A stretch of 64,000 bases of DNA from Octopus vulgaris (GCA_951406725.2 OX597824.1:59582001-59646000), one strand, 5' to 3'. Positions 25,646 to 41,488 are shown, counted from the stretch's first letter. The notes: generated by a model not told the origin, from the sequence alone. Translations and numbers: made by a program.

Positions 25646-25892
25646 CATGAGTGGAGAAACTTGTTAGTTAAAAAGGTCCGCGGGCGGATCACAAGTGCTG
25701 ACTCTTATATCTGGGTAAGTCTTGTATATATAGGCGCAGGAGTGGCAGTGACCTAAGTAGATTGCTTACCAGCCACATGGTTTCGGGTTCAGTCACCTTG
25801 GGCAAGTGTCTTCTACTATAGCCTCGGGCCGAGCAAAGCCTTGCAAGTAGATTTGATAGACGAGAACTGAAAGTAGCTCGTCGTATATATAT

Positions 25893-25947
<55 letters not shown>

Positions 25948-28893
25948 GTCTGTGTTGGCCGTCCCCAACATCGCTTGACAACCGATGCTGGTGTGTTTAC
26001 ATCCCCCGTAACTTAGCGGTTCGGCAAAAAGGGACAGACAGAATAAGTATTAGGCTTACAAAGAATAAGTCCTGGGGTCGATTTTCTTGACTAAACGCTG
26101 TGATCCAGCATGGCCACAGTTAAATGACTAAAGCAAATATAAAGATTAAAGAATAAAAAGTATATCTATGCATAATTCGATATACATTAGTAAAGACAAG
26201 TTTAACACAATAAAGTAAGGCGTAATATCTTCATTAACGTCGCCACTGAATTTAGGACGTTTATATTACTTATGAGGTATTCATGTTTATGACATATTTA
26301 AACAAATTTATCCAAGTAATAATTTTATCAAAGCTAATTCACATTAAGGACGAAACTGCTTTTTTTTCTGTTTTTGAAAGTTTAGGAATATTCTTTGTTC
26401 ATTACTCAAGTTTTTGTCAGTAAATTGGGTACGAAGACGATTTTTTGCATAATTCAATTTGTTGAAAAATTGCTCACATTGATATGTTGTCGAGAAGAGA
26501 TATGCGAATTTTAAGGCATTTTTATGTAAAGCAGGTAATTTCTCAAGATTGATAGATTTGTAGAAGTCCAATAAAGACAGATTATAATACTTCGATTTTA
26601 CTAAGTTATCCGACTTAATAAAATCAATTAATTCTCATTGTAATGAATCTGGAGCCTCTTCAGGACACACAACAAAAGGTGTTTCAAAAACACGTAGCTC
26701 GATTTTATCTTGTATTTCTTCAAATCTACTTTCAAATTTCTTCAAAAGACTTTCACACTCGTCAGAATGTTCCTTTACTGATTCGGTATTTTGCTCACTC
26801 AATTTCGGAAATTGTGTGAAGCACTTTCTTTTCACATGTGTGACAAATAAAGAAAGCTTTTGATATAAGCAAACTGACTGTAGCCTTGTAGTTTCAAGTT
26901 CAAATGGTTTAAATGACTAGTTATACTAGTTATATTTACTAAAAATGCTAAACCACTTCGAGACTTTTTATCTTCTAGTCCTATAATAGGAACACCTTTA
27001 ATATCTATAAAAAATTTCACTTCTTCCTTCAGTTTATAAAATCGCTAAAGCATTTAGGCCTTACTTAACCACTTAATTTTACAATGGTACAATAAATCCC
27101 CATATTCGGCTTCAAGATTTTTCAAAAATTCTTTAAATTCCCTATTATTCAACCCTTTGCTTTTTATCAAATTGACGGCTTTAGTTACAATTTTCATTAC
27201 ATTGCCCATCTTGGAAGATTTTGCACATAAAATTTCCATATGAACAAAGCGGTGACACAAAGTTTCCGGATCCAAAAGACGCTTCTTAAATTCATTCCTA
27301 ATTACAGTCACGAACCCTTTTTCACGACCTACCATAGATGGAGTGTCATCTGTAGCAAGACCACTCATTTTGTCATACGGTAAATCAAAATCCTTTAAGG
27401 CTGAGTCGACCATATGAAATAAATAGTCACCTCTAGTTGTTCTATGCATTAACTTCAAGGCGAGTAATTCTTCCCGAATGTTGAATTTTGCAATTTTTCC
27501 ACGTATAAATATTGCCATCTAAGCAGTATGAGACAGATCAGTTGTCTCATCAATAGCTAATGAATGCAATACGAATTCTGCTGGATCAGATTTTAAAGAA
27601 TTTCGAATGTCATCAGCAATATCTTTAATACGATCAGAAACAGTTCTTCTTGATAAGCTAATATTTCCAAACACTAAATTTTTCTGGGCATATATTCTGA
27701 ACAGCAGTAAGGATACATTCTTTCAGGAATTCACCATTGCTGTGTGGTTTGAATATTTTAGCAATATTTTCGCATACCGCATAAGTAGCTCGAGTTACTG
27801 ATTCAGTTTCAAGAATCGGCTTTTAAAAAAAGCTTGTCTTTTGGACAGATTTCTTTCAAGAAAGCTATTTTGTTCAAACGCTCAGATTCTTTCATAGGTC
27901 TTATGCTTACTCACAAAATCTCTCTCAATATTATATTTTTTAATGAACGGCTTCTTGTTCGTTGCAAATAAGACAAATGCACTTGTTAACTATTTCGATG
28001 AAAAAAATAAAGCTCTGCCCATTTTTCATTTAAACAAAGCTCGTTCACCAGCATTTCCTTGTTTAGGATTTTTTATAACCGCCTGCCATATTGACAAGGA
28101 TATCGAAAAACTGATTTAACAAAGTCAACAAAGTTACAAACCGGTCGAATTTATATTATTACTTTCGGAATTTTAATTATTACCGCTTCCTGACAAAAGC
28201 GTAGTTGTAATGCATGCGTTCAGTGTTGTAAAACAGTAAAAAATGAAAATCTGCAAAAAATTAAGATATTTCATGGTTCAGCAAGGCTTAACTTGATTTT
28301 TCTCTCTCCCTTGCCAATAAAGGTGTTGACAAGCGGGTGAGTAGGAAAGGGCGATAACTGATAGGTCGATGGTAGATGAAAGTAACTCCTGTTGACCTTC
28401 TTGACACTGGCTGATAGCAAAACTGCAACACCCCTTTCGAAAACAGTTATTTTTTATTGCTTTTTCAGAAAAAGAAAAGTTGGTAATATGTTTTTATAAT
28501 CCTGTTCACAAAGCACTAAATTTGTAGTTTCTGTTTCGATTAAGCTTTGCCAATTTGTTTTTAATTTTTAATAGAGTTTTAGACATTTTTTTGCTTATCG
28601 ACAGACAGAAAGACAGTGTGTGTCGATTTCGGAGATTTTTTTTTATATGTTTTGTAGTAAAAACAAAATTTCCACTAAATTGGTGATTACTGGACGATTT
28701 CTGTTCGAGTCTCATCGTTTTAAGTCGTTGTTGAAATCCGAACTATGTCGCAAACAGGTATACCAGTATTTTATAAATCTTATAATTGAAAAATTTACTT
28801 TATTTTGTACATACAAGTATATCAGCCTGCGGGTACAATAAAATGGGCTCGCAGGCACAATTGTACCCGTAGGCGAGGGTTTCCCCACCCCTG
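25646..28893 (-). mobile_element. hAT (Buster/Charlie-like) transposon, decayed
   Basis: Perfect 8-bp TSD ATCTAAAT (25638-25645 and 28894-28901); TIR CATGAGTGGAGAAAC vs CAGGGGTGGGGAAAC; SLAIDETTD, TDDTPSMVG, KGLNNREF, KWLSK, FSTTYQCEQFF. Confidence 0.93.
25733..26160 (+). mobile_element. tRNA-derived octopus-type SINE with internal (TA)n, nested in hAT
   Basis: GGCGCAGGAGTGGC head, GGTTCAGTC B-box-like, CCAGCATGGCCACAG..AATGACT tail; sister copy at 59137. Confidence 0.85.
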
Positions 28894-29274
28894 ATCTAAA
28901 TCATCCCAGCCGTGATCATTCAGTTATTTTGATTTTTGGGTGGTGGTGTCAGTGAGTGTAATTGACAACTGCATCACCTAATGAGTCCTTTTCTATTTAT
29001 AGACGGTAAGATGTGATTCTCAGAAAAGTGGTTGCACATGGAACGAAGACGCCTATAGTGGCTCGTTTACTAGGATCTGTTTTTTTTTTGTATTTTCGTT
29101 TGCCGTCTAGTTTCACACACACGCATACACATACTCGCACGCGTACGCACACATACACACACACATGCACACACACGCGCGCACATGCTGACGCTTACAC
29201 ACATGTACACGCGCACGCTAATACACTCACACGCATACATGTGCACGCACACGCATATATAAACACACACGCAT

Positions 29275-29313
<39 letters not shown>

Positions 29314-29402
29314 CTAGTATGATTTGAGTAATATTTGGTTGCATTTTCTAGCAAATCGAACAAGTTCGGACATTGTGAGTTATTTGAATTAACAAGTATT
29401 TA

Positions 29403-29430
<28 letters not shown>

Positions 29431-29434
<4 letters not shown>

Positions 29435-30617
29435 GTATAGTCAAAAATTATACGCACTCTTGATATTCTCAATATATTTACACAAATGTAGGGATAAACA
29501 AGTACGTCATTTTTCTACATAGTCTCCCTCGTTTTCGATGCCCTTAGTCCTGCAGTCCACAAACTTGTGTATTCACTCCAAGAAGGTTGGGCATGCAACC
29601 ATTTATGCACCGCTTCCTCCACATCTTCATCTGTAGGATATCGACGAACTCGTAAACCATCATTGCGCGGTCCAAAGATATGATATTTGGAAGGGGCGAG
29701 ATCTGGGCTATAGGCAGGGTGTTCCAGTACCTCAAAACCTAATTGGTTAATGGTTTCAACGGTCTGGGCAGCTGTGAGTGGGCATTTTCATGTAACAACA
29801 AAGCATTATTTGACAATAGGCTTCGGCGTTTGGTTGCGAATTGCTGGCTTCAGTTTGATAGCCAGCAAAGCACTGTATCTTGCACTGTTGATCGTACACC
29901 CCTTTTCCGAGGGTACATCCTTTTTCGTCAAAAAAGGGTTAGCCTCACTTTTCCTGCGGAAGACTGAATCTTGAATGCCTTCGTCGCTGGCGATCCAGGA
30001 TGTTTCCACTCCATACTCTGTCTTTTGGATTTTGCCTCAAAAGGATGGACCCACGTTTCATCTCCTGTGACTATTCGGCTTAAAAATTCCTCGTCCTCTT
30101 TGTAGTAGCGATCGAGTAAACGTTGACAGACCTCAAAACGTTTGCGCTTTAGCTCTGCAGTAAGCTCTCTTGGCACCCAACTTGCACAGACTTTATGGAA
30201 GCCGAGCTCATCGTGGATGATTTGATAGGCAGAACTATGACTAATCTGCAGAGAACGAGCTACCTCAGCGATGATAAAGCGCCGGTTCACCATTACTATC
30301 TCTCGAGCTTGCTGAATCTTCTCGTCAGTGGTGGAGGATGGCAGGTTGTGCTAAAAGGTTCCGATGAATTTCTGCAACTGACACACCTTCCGACCAGAGA
30401 AATCGGATCACTGCTCTTTGTTCTTCTTTGGCGCACATTGCTAGTGGGGCGACCATACTTACACTGTAAAGCCAGAAAGAAGAATGGAGCAATCAGATTC
30501 AAACTTCGATCACGTGGCAGGAATAAATCTAACTATAAGCACGCATGCGCAGAAGGCAGTGTGACAATAATAAAAATATGTTATGGCAAAAGTGCGGATA
30601 ATATTTGACTTCCCCTC

Positions 30618-30618
<1 letters not shown>
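29431..30618 (-). mobile_element. mariner (irritans-like) transposon, decayed
   Basis: TA|CGAGG...CCTCG|TA with TIR similarity; WVPRELT, IVTGDETWVH, QSMEWKHPGSP, SAGKV. Confidence 0.92.
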
Positions 30619-30651
<33 letters not shown>

Positions 30652-30656
<5 letters not shown>

Positions 30657-31084
30657 TAAGGAAAAATTTTTTTTTTAATGCAGAATGCTCAAATGAAAGA
30701 AAATTTTAATAAAATGAGAAATTGATAAAATATATAAATATATATTTATTCAACCGGTTTTCGTCATTGTATGACTTGTCAAGAATATTTATGTTTTAAA
30801 AAGTTTTTTTTAAATTTTATCATTATTCTTTTACAAAAAACAATGCAATTTTCTTTTTTTCTTTTTTTCCCCTTTCTAATTTTTAAAAAAACTTTTTAAA
30901 ACATAAATATTCTTGACAAGTCATACAATGACGAAAACCGGTTGAATAAATATATATTTATATATTTTATCAATTTCTCATTTTATAAAAATTTTCTTTC
31001 ATTTGAGCATTCTGCATTTTTAAAAAAATTTTTCCTTACTTATCATTTCTCCACGTGCGGTCAACACAACCCCACCATTTATTG

Positions 31085-31088
<4 letters not shown>
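30652..31088. mobile_element. PLE-derived fold-back (~160-bp arms) embedded in (TA)n
   Basis: 30652-30812 inverted at ~30881-31043; hammerhead-like TTGACAA-GTCA-TACAA-TGAC-GAAA-ACCGGTT at ~30908-30948. Confidence 0.8.
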
Positions 31089-31132
<44 letters not shown>

Positions 31133-31425
31133 CCCTCTGCATGCTAAATTCCAGTTTCAGTCGAAAATCACTACGATTGTGAATAAAAGGCTCCCTCAGT
31201 TAATTCATCTGAAGATTAACCAGTTATTTAACAAGGCTCATATTTGTGACGCTAATGTTGGAGATAGTATTCAGGATATTTTCGATAAATAGTCTCCCAT
31301 GGCCGCAGTCAAATGACTAAAACATATAAAAGAATAAAAGTATACATATACTTAAGCGCTCGCACAGACACATGCACAAACGCGCGCGCACATGTATACA
31401 CACACACACACACACACACAACACA

Positions 31426-31459
<34 letters not shown>

Positions 31460-31844
31460 ACACACTATCCGTTCCGGTTGTTTGTATTTGAGTTCAAATA
31501 CTGCTAAGGTCAACTTTCTCTTTCATTTCGTGTAGGCTAAAACAATGTACTAGTCAAGTACTAGTAGCTGTGATATCGACTGCTCTCTCCACACAAAATT
31601 GCTGGTCTTGTATCTAAATTAGAAACCATTATCTTCCCTATTCCTCTTACCCTCAATCTCATTCGCTCACATTTCCCATCTTCCAGTCTTTTTTTCTCAC
31701 CTATTCCTCTCTGATTTACTCCGACTTTCTTCACTTTCGTCTCGTAATCTTTCACTCGTTGTTTTATCCCAACCGCCGCCTGTCCTGTCCGTGTTTATTT
31801 GTTTCGTTTCTGTCCCAATTTTTGAAAAATAAAATAGAATAAAT

Positions 31845-33695
<1,851 letters not shown>

Positions 33696-33781
<86 letters not shown>

Positions 33782-33815
33782 TAATAATAATAATGATATT
33801 AATGATAATAATAAT
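33696..33815. repeat. (TAA)n microsatellite
   Basis: Direct reading; downstream flank of Dong copy. Confidence 0.97.
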
Positions 33816-34697
33816 AAAATTGTAATAGTTTATTTTGTTGTTGATTCAGAGGGCGCCAGTGTGACTAGATCTGATCTGAAAATATTTGTTTTTCTTTTGA
33901 CTTCGATGTTAAAACTTACTTCTGGCTTTTCACCACCAAGTTGTGATGTGGAGGTGTTTAGTGCGTGCGTGCGTGTGTGTGTATATGTGTGTGTGTGTGT
34001 AAACGTGTGTGCGCGCGTGCGTGTATGAGTGTGTGCACGTGTGCGTGTGTGTGAATGTGAATGCTCGTGTGCGTGTGCGAAGGAGAGAGAGAGAGAGAAA
34101 TAGAGAGAGTGTATGGATAATGGAAGAGGAGTGGGGGTAGGAAGATGTGAAGACTTGCGATTTGGTTGGCAGCAAGGAATTCTCAGCGAAAAATGCCAAA
34201 ATGGTTTTCATAAATAAAAAGAAAACCCCAAAGTATCAGGAAACAAGAAACGAAAACAGAAATCGAAAAAAGGGACACAAAGACATAGATTTTAAGGAAG
34301 AATTATAAGTCAATATAAATGGTAGAACGACAAAATGAATAAATGAATGAAAATAGATATTTGAATGAATGAAAGAATTAAAACATGAGTGAAAGAATTA
34401 CAGAAAGAGTCTGTACTCCCCAACAACAACAACATCAGCAACACCAGCAGCAACAACAAAAACGACATGAATAACAACAACAACAACACAATACTGCACA
34501 CATTTCAAAGAATGTAGCAGGTGTGCTGTTGAAATTTGCCTGAAACTATCAAATGCCAAATAATAATAACTTTTTCTACTATAGGCACAAGGCCTGACAT
34601 TTTAAAGGGAGTAGTGAGTCAATTACATCGACTTCCTCAAAAAAACTGCTCGCCCCGTGACAAAATTACTATTATTATTATTATTATTATTATTATT

Positions 34698-35188
34698 GGG
34701 TGAGAGAGCAGTTCATGCCATCAAAGTGACACTGGGGTAAAATATACGAAGCCCAATATACCCATCATGACTACCCATCTGATAAGGGTACACCAGGCAC
34801 ATGCATCACAACCATATGTGCGCGACATGGTGATCTCATATCAAGGTAAACAACGCATGAACTTGCAGATGGGGCCTAGTTAGAATTTTCTTCAGGTTGA
34901 GTAGCCCATCCCGCTATGATGCTCCCCCACTACTTCTGCTCGTGATCAGAGATGCACATATCGTCAGCCATTAAGGGACATGGTCAACTGGTTAAGGTCA
35001 AACAACTGACAAGCAAATCTGTGGTATTGAGCAGAATATTTGCTGTAGCCCATCTTTTATACCAAGACAAAACAATGTACATGATGACACTTCCAATCAG
35101 TTAAAATCAGAAGCCATGAGAGCCACTGCCTGGTACTGCATCAGGGCATTGCTCCCCCACTACTTCTGCTCGTGATCAGAGATGCACA
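34698..35188 (-). mobile_element. ~600-bp TAA-associated element, copy 2 (internal deletion, extra 38-nt piece at 5' junction)
   Basis: Reverse complement of 4460-5016; 5' end at 35148; flanked by (TTA)n on both sides. Confidence 0.85.
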
Positions 35189-35284
<96 letters not shown>

Positions 35285-35285
<1 letters not shown>

Positions 35286-35600
35286 CTTCCTAATACAGTG
35301 TAGGTAAAACGGCACCGGAGTCTTTAGTCATCTGTCTTAGTTATAACAAAGACCTCAGACAGATAATACTTTCCTTAAGGCGTGCGCTGTACCCAACAAG
35401 GCTGATTTTTGCAAGACATCAATCTTGCATGGGATTTCCAGTTGTTTTAAGAAGACTTGAAGTATCACTTTTACATTACCTCTCGCAATCCATACAGTCT
35501 TGCCATTTCCACTTTCAATTAGGAATACTTGGTGATTTTTTCAACCTCTTTACTCACAATAATCATGTCATTTGGTATGGCTAAATTAATGATCTGATAG
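35285..35600 (-). mobile_element. Dong-type 3' fragment (RLE C-terminus plus short 3'UTR)
   Basis: IINLAIPND....KEVEKITKY..LKVEMAR...LQKSALLGTAHALRKVLSV*; 3' end abuts (TAA)n. Confidence 0.85.
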
Positions 35601-35614
35601 TATGTGAATTACCC

Positions 35615-35862
35615 AAACCCCAAAGAATTACTCTTAACACATGGCTATGATGCTCCCCCACTACTTCTGCTCGTGATCAGAGATGCGCATCTCGTCAGCC
35701 ACTGAGGTGACATACACAAATTGTTAAGGTCAAACAACTGACAAGCAAATCTGTGGCATTGAGCAGAATATTTGTTGTAGCCCATATTTTATACCAAGAC
35801 AAAACAATGTACATGATAACACTTCCAATCAGTTAAGATGAGAAGCCATAAAAGCCACTGCT
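35615..35862 (-). mobile_element. ~600-bp TAA-associated element, copy 3 (partial)
   Basis: Matches the 5' half of 4480-4725. Confidence 0.8.
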
Positions 35863-35959
35863 TATCGATAAAAGAAGTATCAGTTGAACACTGGGTTCGA
35901 TGTAATCAACTCATCCACACCTTTCTCAACCTGCCATTGTGACAAAAATTTGTATCATT

Positions 35960-36567
35960 CTGGCAGAATCTTTAGCGCGTCGGAGGAAATGCTTAGCGGT
36001 ATTTCACCCGTTGCTACGTACTGAGTTTTATATTCCGCCGAGGTCGACTTTGCTTTTTATCTTTTCGGTGTCGACAAACTGAGTACCAGTGAATCACTGG
36101 GTGTCGATGTAATCGACTACGCCCTCCCTCAAAATTTCACGTATTGTGCCTATTGTCGAAAGGATTAATATTTTTATACTGGCAGAATCGTTAGCACGCC
36201 GGGCGAAATGCGTAGCCGTATTTCGTCTGCCGTTACGTTCTGAGTTCAAATTCCGCCGAGGTCGACTTTGCCGTTCATCCTTTCGGGGTCGATTAAATAA
36301 GTACTAGTTATGCACTGGTGTCGATGTAATCGACTTAATCCGTGTATCTGTCCTTGTTTGTCCCCTCTGTGTTTAGACCCTTGTGGGTAGTAAAGAAATA
36401 GGTATTTCGTCTGCCGTTACGTTCTGAGTACAAATTCCGTCAGGATCAACCTTGCCCTACATCCTTTCCGGGTCGACAAATTAAATACCAGTAAAACACT
36501 GGGTGTCGATGTAATCGACTAGTCCCCTCCCACCAAATTATAGGCCTTGTGCATATAGTAGAAAGGA
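35960..36567 (+). mobile_element. tRNA-derived SINE array (same family as 9185)
   Basis: GGCAGAATCGTTAGCACGCCGGGCG heads and repeated GAGTTCAAATTCCGCCGAGGTCGAC core. Confidence 0.85.
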
Positions 36568-36608
<41 letters not shown>

Positions 36609-36611
<3 letters not shown>

Positions 36612-37441
36612 TAGTTTTATTTTTATAGCGTGCTTTCACTTCACTACCGAGCGCAGCTCTGTGTGCCTTGGGTATGTGCTGTGATTTGTTGTGATGCTCT
36701 GATGGTTATTGTATGGAAAGTGTTCTGCGTAGGATGTGTGCAGTGCTTAGTAGTGCAATTTTCTGTATGTTATATGTGTTTGTAAGTCCTGGTGTTTTTG
36801 TTATGTATTTGTCTGAATATTTTTTTATCATGCCTAATGCACCTACTATGATAGGAATTGTTTCTGTTTTCAGATTCCACATTCTAGTTACCTCTATTTC
36901 CAGGTCTTTGTATTTTGAGAGTTTCTACATTTCTTTTAGAGACACGTTGTCATCAGCCGGTATTGATACATCAATTAGAAAGCATTTTTTTCTTCATGGT
37001 CTCTGACAACTATATCTGGTCTGTTGGCCTTAATTTCTCTATCTGTGTGTATCGGCATATCCCAGAGTATGGTTGCTTTCTCGTTTTCTGTGACCTTTTC
37101 TGGTGTGTGCCTATACCATCTTTTTTCTGTTGTTATTCCATAATGTTGGCATAGCTTCCAATGTATGTAGGTTCCAACTCTGCCATGTCTGTGAATATAT
37201 TCCTTCTTAGCCAGGACTGGGCAGCTAGAGATAATATGATTTATTGTTTCTTGTCCATCTCCACATATTCTGCAGTTACTTGTTATATTTCTTTTCATTA
37301 CATGTTTTTGGTAATTTCTGGTGGGGAGGCTTTGGTCTTGTGCTGCGATTAAAAATCCCTCTGTTTTTGCTTTGAGTCCTGAACTTCTCAACCATTGCTG
37401 GGATTTTTCTTTGTCTATTTCTTTTGCGTTTAGTTTAGTCC

Positions 37442-37444
<3 letters not shown>
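36609..37444 (-). mobile_element. Dong-clade LINE 3' part (second family)
   Basis: GLKAKTEGFLIAAQDQSLPTRNY, CRICGDGQETINHIISSC, ANRPDIVV; distinct 3'UTR; (TAA)n both sides. Confidence 0.92.
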
Positions 37445-37509
<65 letters not shown>

Positions 37510-37543
37510 CATTGTTGTTATTATTATTATTGTTATTATTATT

Positions 37544-38081
37544 GAGTGAAAGAGCAGTGCATGCTATCAAAGTGACACTAGGGTAAAGTATACGAAACGC
37601 AGAATAGCCATCGTGACTACCCATCTGATAAGGATGCACCAGGCACATACATCACAACCATATGTGCGTGACATAGCGATCTCTTGTCAAGGTAAACAAC
37701 GCATGACCTTGCAGGTGAGGTCCAGTCGAGTAGCCCATCCCGCTCAAAAGGTCCCTGAATAAGATTTGTTTAAGGATGATGAACGAAGCATCCATGTTTC
37801 CAGAGGTGAATTATTCAAACCCCAAAAGAATTCCTTTCAGCACATGGCTATGATACTCCCCTACTACTTCAGTTCGTGATCAGAGATGCATATATCGTCA
37901 ACCACTCAGGAACACTCTCAACTGATTAAGGTCAAACTACTGACAAGCAAATGTGTGACATTGAGATGAATATTTGCTGTAGCCCATCATTTATACTGAG
38001 AGAAAACATGTACATAATAACACTTCCATTCAGTTAAGATGAAAAGCCATGAGAGTCAGTGCCTGGTATTGCATCAGGGCA
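37544..38081 (-). mobile_element. ~600-bp TAA-associated element, copy 4
   Basis: Nearly full-length reverse complement of 4460-5016; 3' end abuts (TAA)n. Confidence 0.85.
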
Positions 38082-38143
38082 TGCAATCTATGGTACTGAG
38101 TAAACTATTTTTTGTAGCCCACCTCGCATACCATGACAAAACA

Positions 38144-38376
38144 TGAAAGTGGAAATGGCAAGACTGTATGGAATGCGAGAGGTAATGTAAAAGTGATACT
38201 TCAAGTCTTCTTAAAACAACTGGAAATCCCATGCAAGATTGATGTCTTGCAAAAATCAGCCTTGTTGGGTACAGCGCACACCCTAAGGAAAGTATTATCT
38301 GTCTGGGGTCTTTGTTATAACTAAGACAGATGACTAAAGACTCCGGTGCCGTTTTACCTACACTGTATTAGGAAGG
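38144..38376 (+). mobile_element. Dong-type 3' fragment, near-identical to 35285-35517 in opposite orientation
   Basis: KVILQVFLKQLEIPCKIDVLQKSALLGTAHTLRKVLSV; ends GGAAGG|AACAATAAC. Confidence 0.88.
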
Positions 38377-38421
38377 AACAATAACAACAACAACAACAAC
38401 AACAATAATAATAATAATAAT

Positions 38422-38519
<98 letters not shown>

Positions 38520-41488
38520 ATATATAGCCTTGCATCTTAGATCCTGTCATTATTTTTCTTGTTTTCCTGTCTATTTTGGTTAGTTCATTTAGTGTCCAGT
38601 TAAGGATATTGTAGCTGTAACTTATAACTGGGACGGCTAAAGTGTTAATACCTATTATCTTGTTTTTAGCAATGAGCCCTGTTTTTAGTATTGATCTAAC
38701 TCGTCTATAGTATTCTTTCTTTATTTTCACTTTCATTTGTGCGTGTTGTATCATATTTAGCTCATGGATTCCAAAGTATTTGTAAGTTTGGCTTTGGTCT
38801 AATTCTCTTATTTCATTGGCTTTATCTAGTGTGATGTTGCTACTCTTAACTAGTTTTCCTCTTTTCATGGTTACTTTGGCGCATTTTTCTAATCCAAATT
38901 TCATATCTATTTCTTTGGTAAATCCATGAACTGTCTGTAGTAGTGTTTCCAGCTGTTTGTCATTTGTAGCGTATAGTTTTAGGTCATTCATATATAAAAG
39001 GTGACTGATCGTTTTGCCACAACATTTGTATCCGCATCCAGTTCTATTTAGCATATCAGATAGAGGCGTCAGTGCTAAGCAGAAAAGGAGTGGAGAGAGC
39101 GTGTCTCCCTGGAATATTCCTCTTCTAATGGGGGTGGCTTTTTTTTCACGAGTACCTCTTTTGTTTGGAGCTGTAGTACTGTCTGCCATTTATTCATAGA
39201 GTGTCTTATGTATTTTATAATTGTTGGTGCTACCTTGTTAATGGCTAGTGTTTCGAGGATCCACGTTTGTGGAGTGCTGTCAAACGCCTTTCGGTAGTCG
39301 ATCCAGGCCATACTGAGGTCTTTCTTCTTTCTGTGGCTGTCTTCAGTTGTGGCTTTATTGATCATTAGTTGATCTTTACAGCCATATGAGCCCTTACAGC
39401 ATCCTTTCTGCTCTTCTGGAAACAGGTTGTTTTCGTCCAGATGCTTGCTCAATCTTTGCGATATTACTGCAGAAAAGGCTTTGTACATTGTAGGGAGACA
39501 GGTTATAGGTCTGAATTTTTGTGGTTTTGACGTTTCATTGGATTTGGGAATTAGGATGGTTTTCCCTTTCGTAAGCCAGTCAGGCATTGTCTCTGGCTCT
39601 GCTAGTATGTCGTTAAAGTTTTCAGTCAGCTTTTTGTGCATTCCTGTCTGATATTTCAACCAGAAGTTGGGAATCTTGTCGTGCTCAGGTGCCTTCCAGT
39701 TGCTTGGTCTTTGCAGTGCCTAGGTGACCTATTCAGTTGTTATGGGAGTCCAGAGTTGCTCAGGAGCTAAGTTTGTTGTTTTAATAGTCCTTTTCTGTGG
39801 TTGTTCATTCGCCGACCATATTTCTTTCTAAAATTCTTCCACTTCTTCTGCCGTTGGTGCTGCAGTGATGTCTATTTTATTTTTGCCAAGTTCTTGGTAG
39901 AACTTTTTGGGGTTGGAGTTGAACTGCTTGTTTTGTTCAAAGAAACGTTGGCGTTTCTCATACCAGCGGATCCTGTGTGATTTGGCAAGGATATCTTGCT
40001 TTAGCTTTTCTTTTATCTCAGGTAAATCTTTTTCTGTGATGTTATATTTGCGGAGTATTTTTGTTTTCTTTTTGTTGCTTAGTAACGTTGATTGTCTGCT
40101 AATTTCGTTAAGAATCGACAGATCTTTTCTCATTTTTTGTATTTTAAGTTATTTATCCACAGGGTTTGTTTGGATGGTGGTACTCCTGTTTGGATGGGTT
40201 TGAGGGAGTATCCAGCTTCTTTTGTGGTGGCAGTGGCTGCTGCATATATTATGTCATTTAGCTCAGTGATATTGCTATTTGTTTCAGTGGCTATTAGTTC
40301 CGTGACGGCCAGGTTTATGCTGTTTATTATTGATGTTGTTTTGTTGTCTAATTTGATTTTGGGGAGGTATGGTCGGTGGTCCATTCTGAGATCTGTGGTT
40401 TTCAGCTCTTTGATTATTCTAGTTTTTATAGCATCATAATCATTAGGTTCCCCTTCGTTGTTTCCATGTTTTAGATGTGTTTCGTCTTCTTTCTCATTCA
40501 TATGTTTGTCTGTGGTGTTTTGTGCATTATTATGCATCCCTACGGTCTGGGTTAGTTGTTTTTTGTTTACTTCGTTTTTGTTGGAAATGTTACGTTTGTA
40601 TTCGTGTTTTACTATCTCAGTGTTTATATTATTTGGTATTATTGTGTGGCTTCTATCTCCATTTTCCTGATGTATTTTTTCTTTTAAATATTATATTTCT
40701 ATTTCTGATATTTTTTTTTGCGTTGAAAATATATCTTCTTATGTTAGCTAGTTTATTAGGGTTCATTGCTGTATCCGAGTTTTTATTTAGGTTATTTTTC
40801 TTCCATATTTTATACGTATATGTTGTTGTGTTTTCGTTCTTTGGGTAGAGCACTGCTGTAAAGTAAGCGTGTAGGATGGAAATATATTCCTCACGTGTCC
40901 ATTTATGCCTTTTTGGTTTTATTTGCGGGACATGAGGAACAACGTCCGGCCCTTTATTTTGACGGTCGTCATTTTCGTAGGGGACCGGTCCTTTCATTTC
41001 TGTTGTCACATTGTTTTGCATGTGTAGTTTTTCGTACTTTTTGTGTAACAAGTTTAAAGTACGCACTTCCCGATTGTTATTCTTAGGTTGAATAATACTG
41101 GTATTACTTAATTTATTTGTAATTTTTTTGTACATGGTGTTTGGGGCCGGAGATGGTCTGGTGTTGATGGATCGTAATGTATCAAGCATGTTTACATATG
41201 CTGTACGGGAGGTGGAGATGATATCCAGTTAAAATACATAATTTCATTTGGAAAATAGTAATAAATTTCAATGAGTATTACTTACTCGGATATAGTCCAA
41301 TCCTTTGTCAGCTATGTTTTGGCTCCATGCGATGTCTTTATTTCCGATATTAGTGGATAGATTTCGGAGCACTGTTTTATCGCTCTCACATGTTAAATGT
41401 CCCCGGTGTCTTCTGTGTTAAACTCCCCGGTGTCTTCTCTGTTAAAATCCCCGGTGTCTTCTCTGTTAAACTTCCCCGGTGTCTTCTC

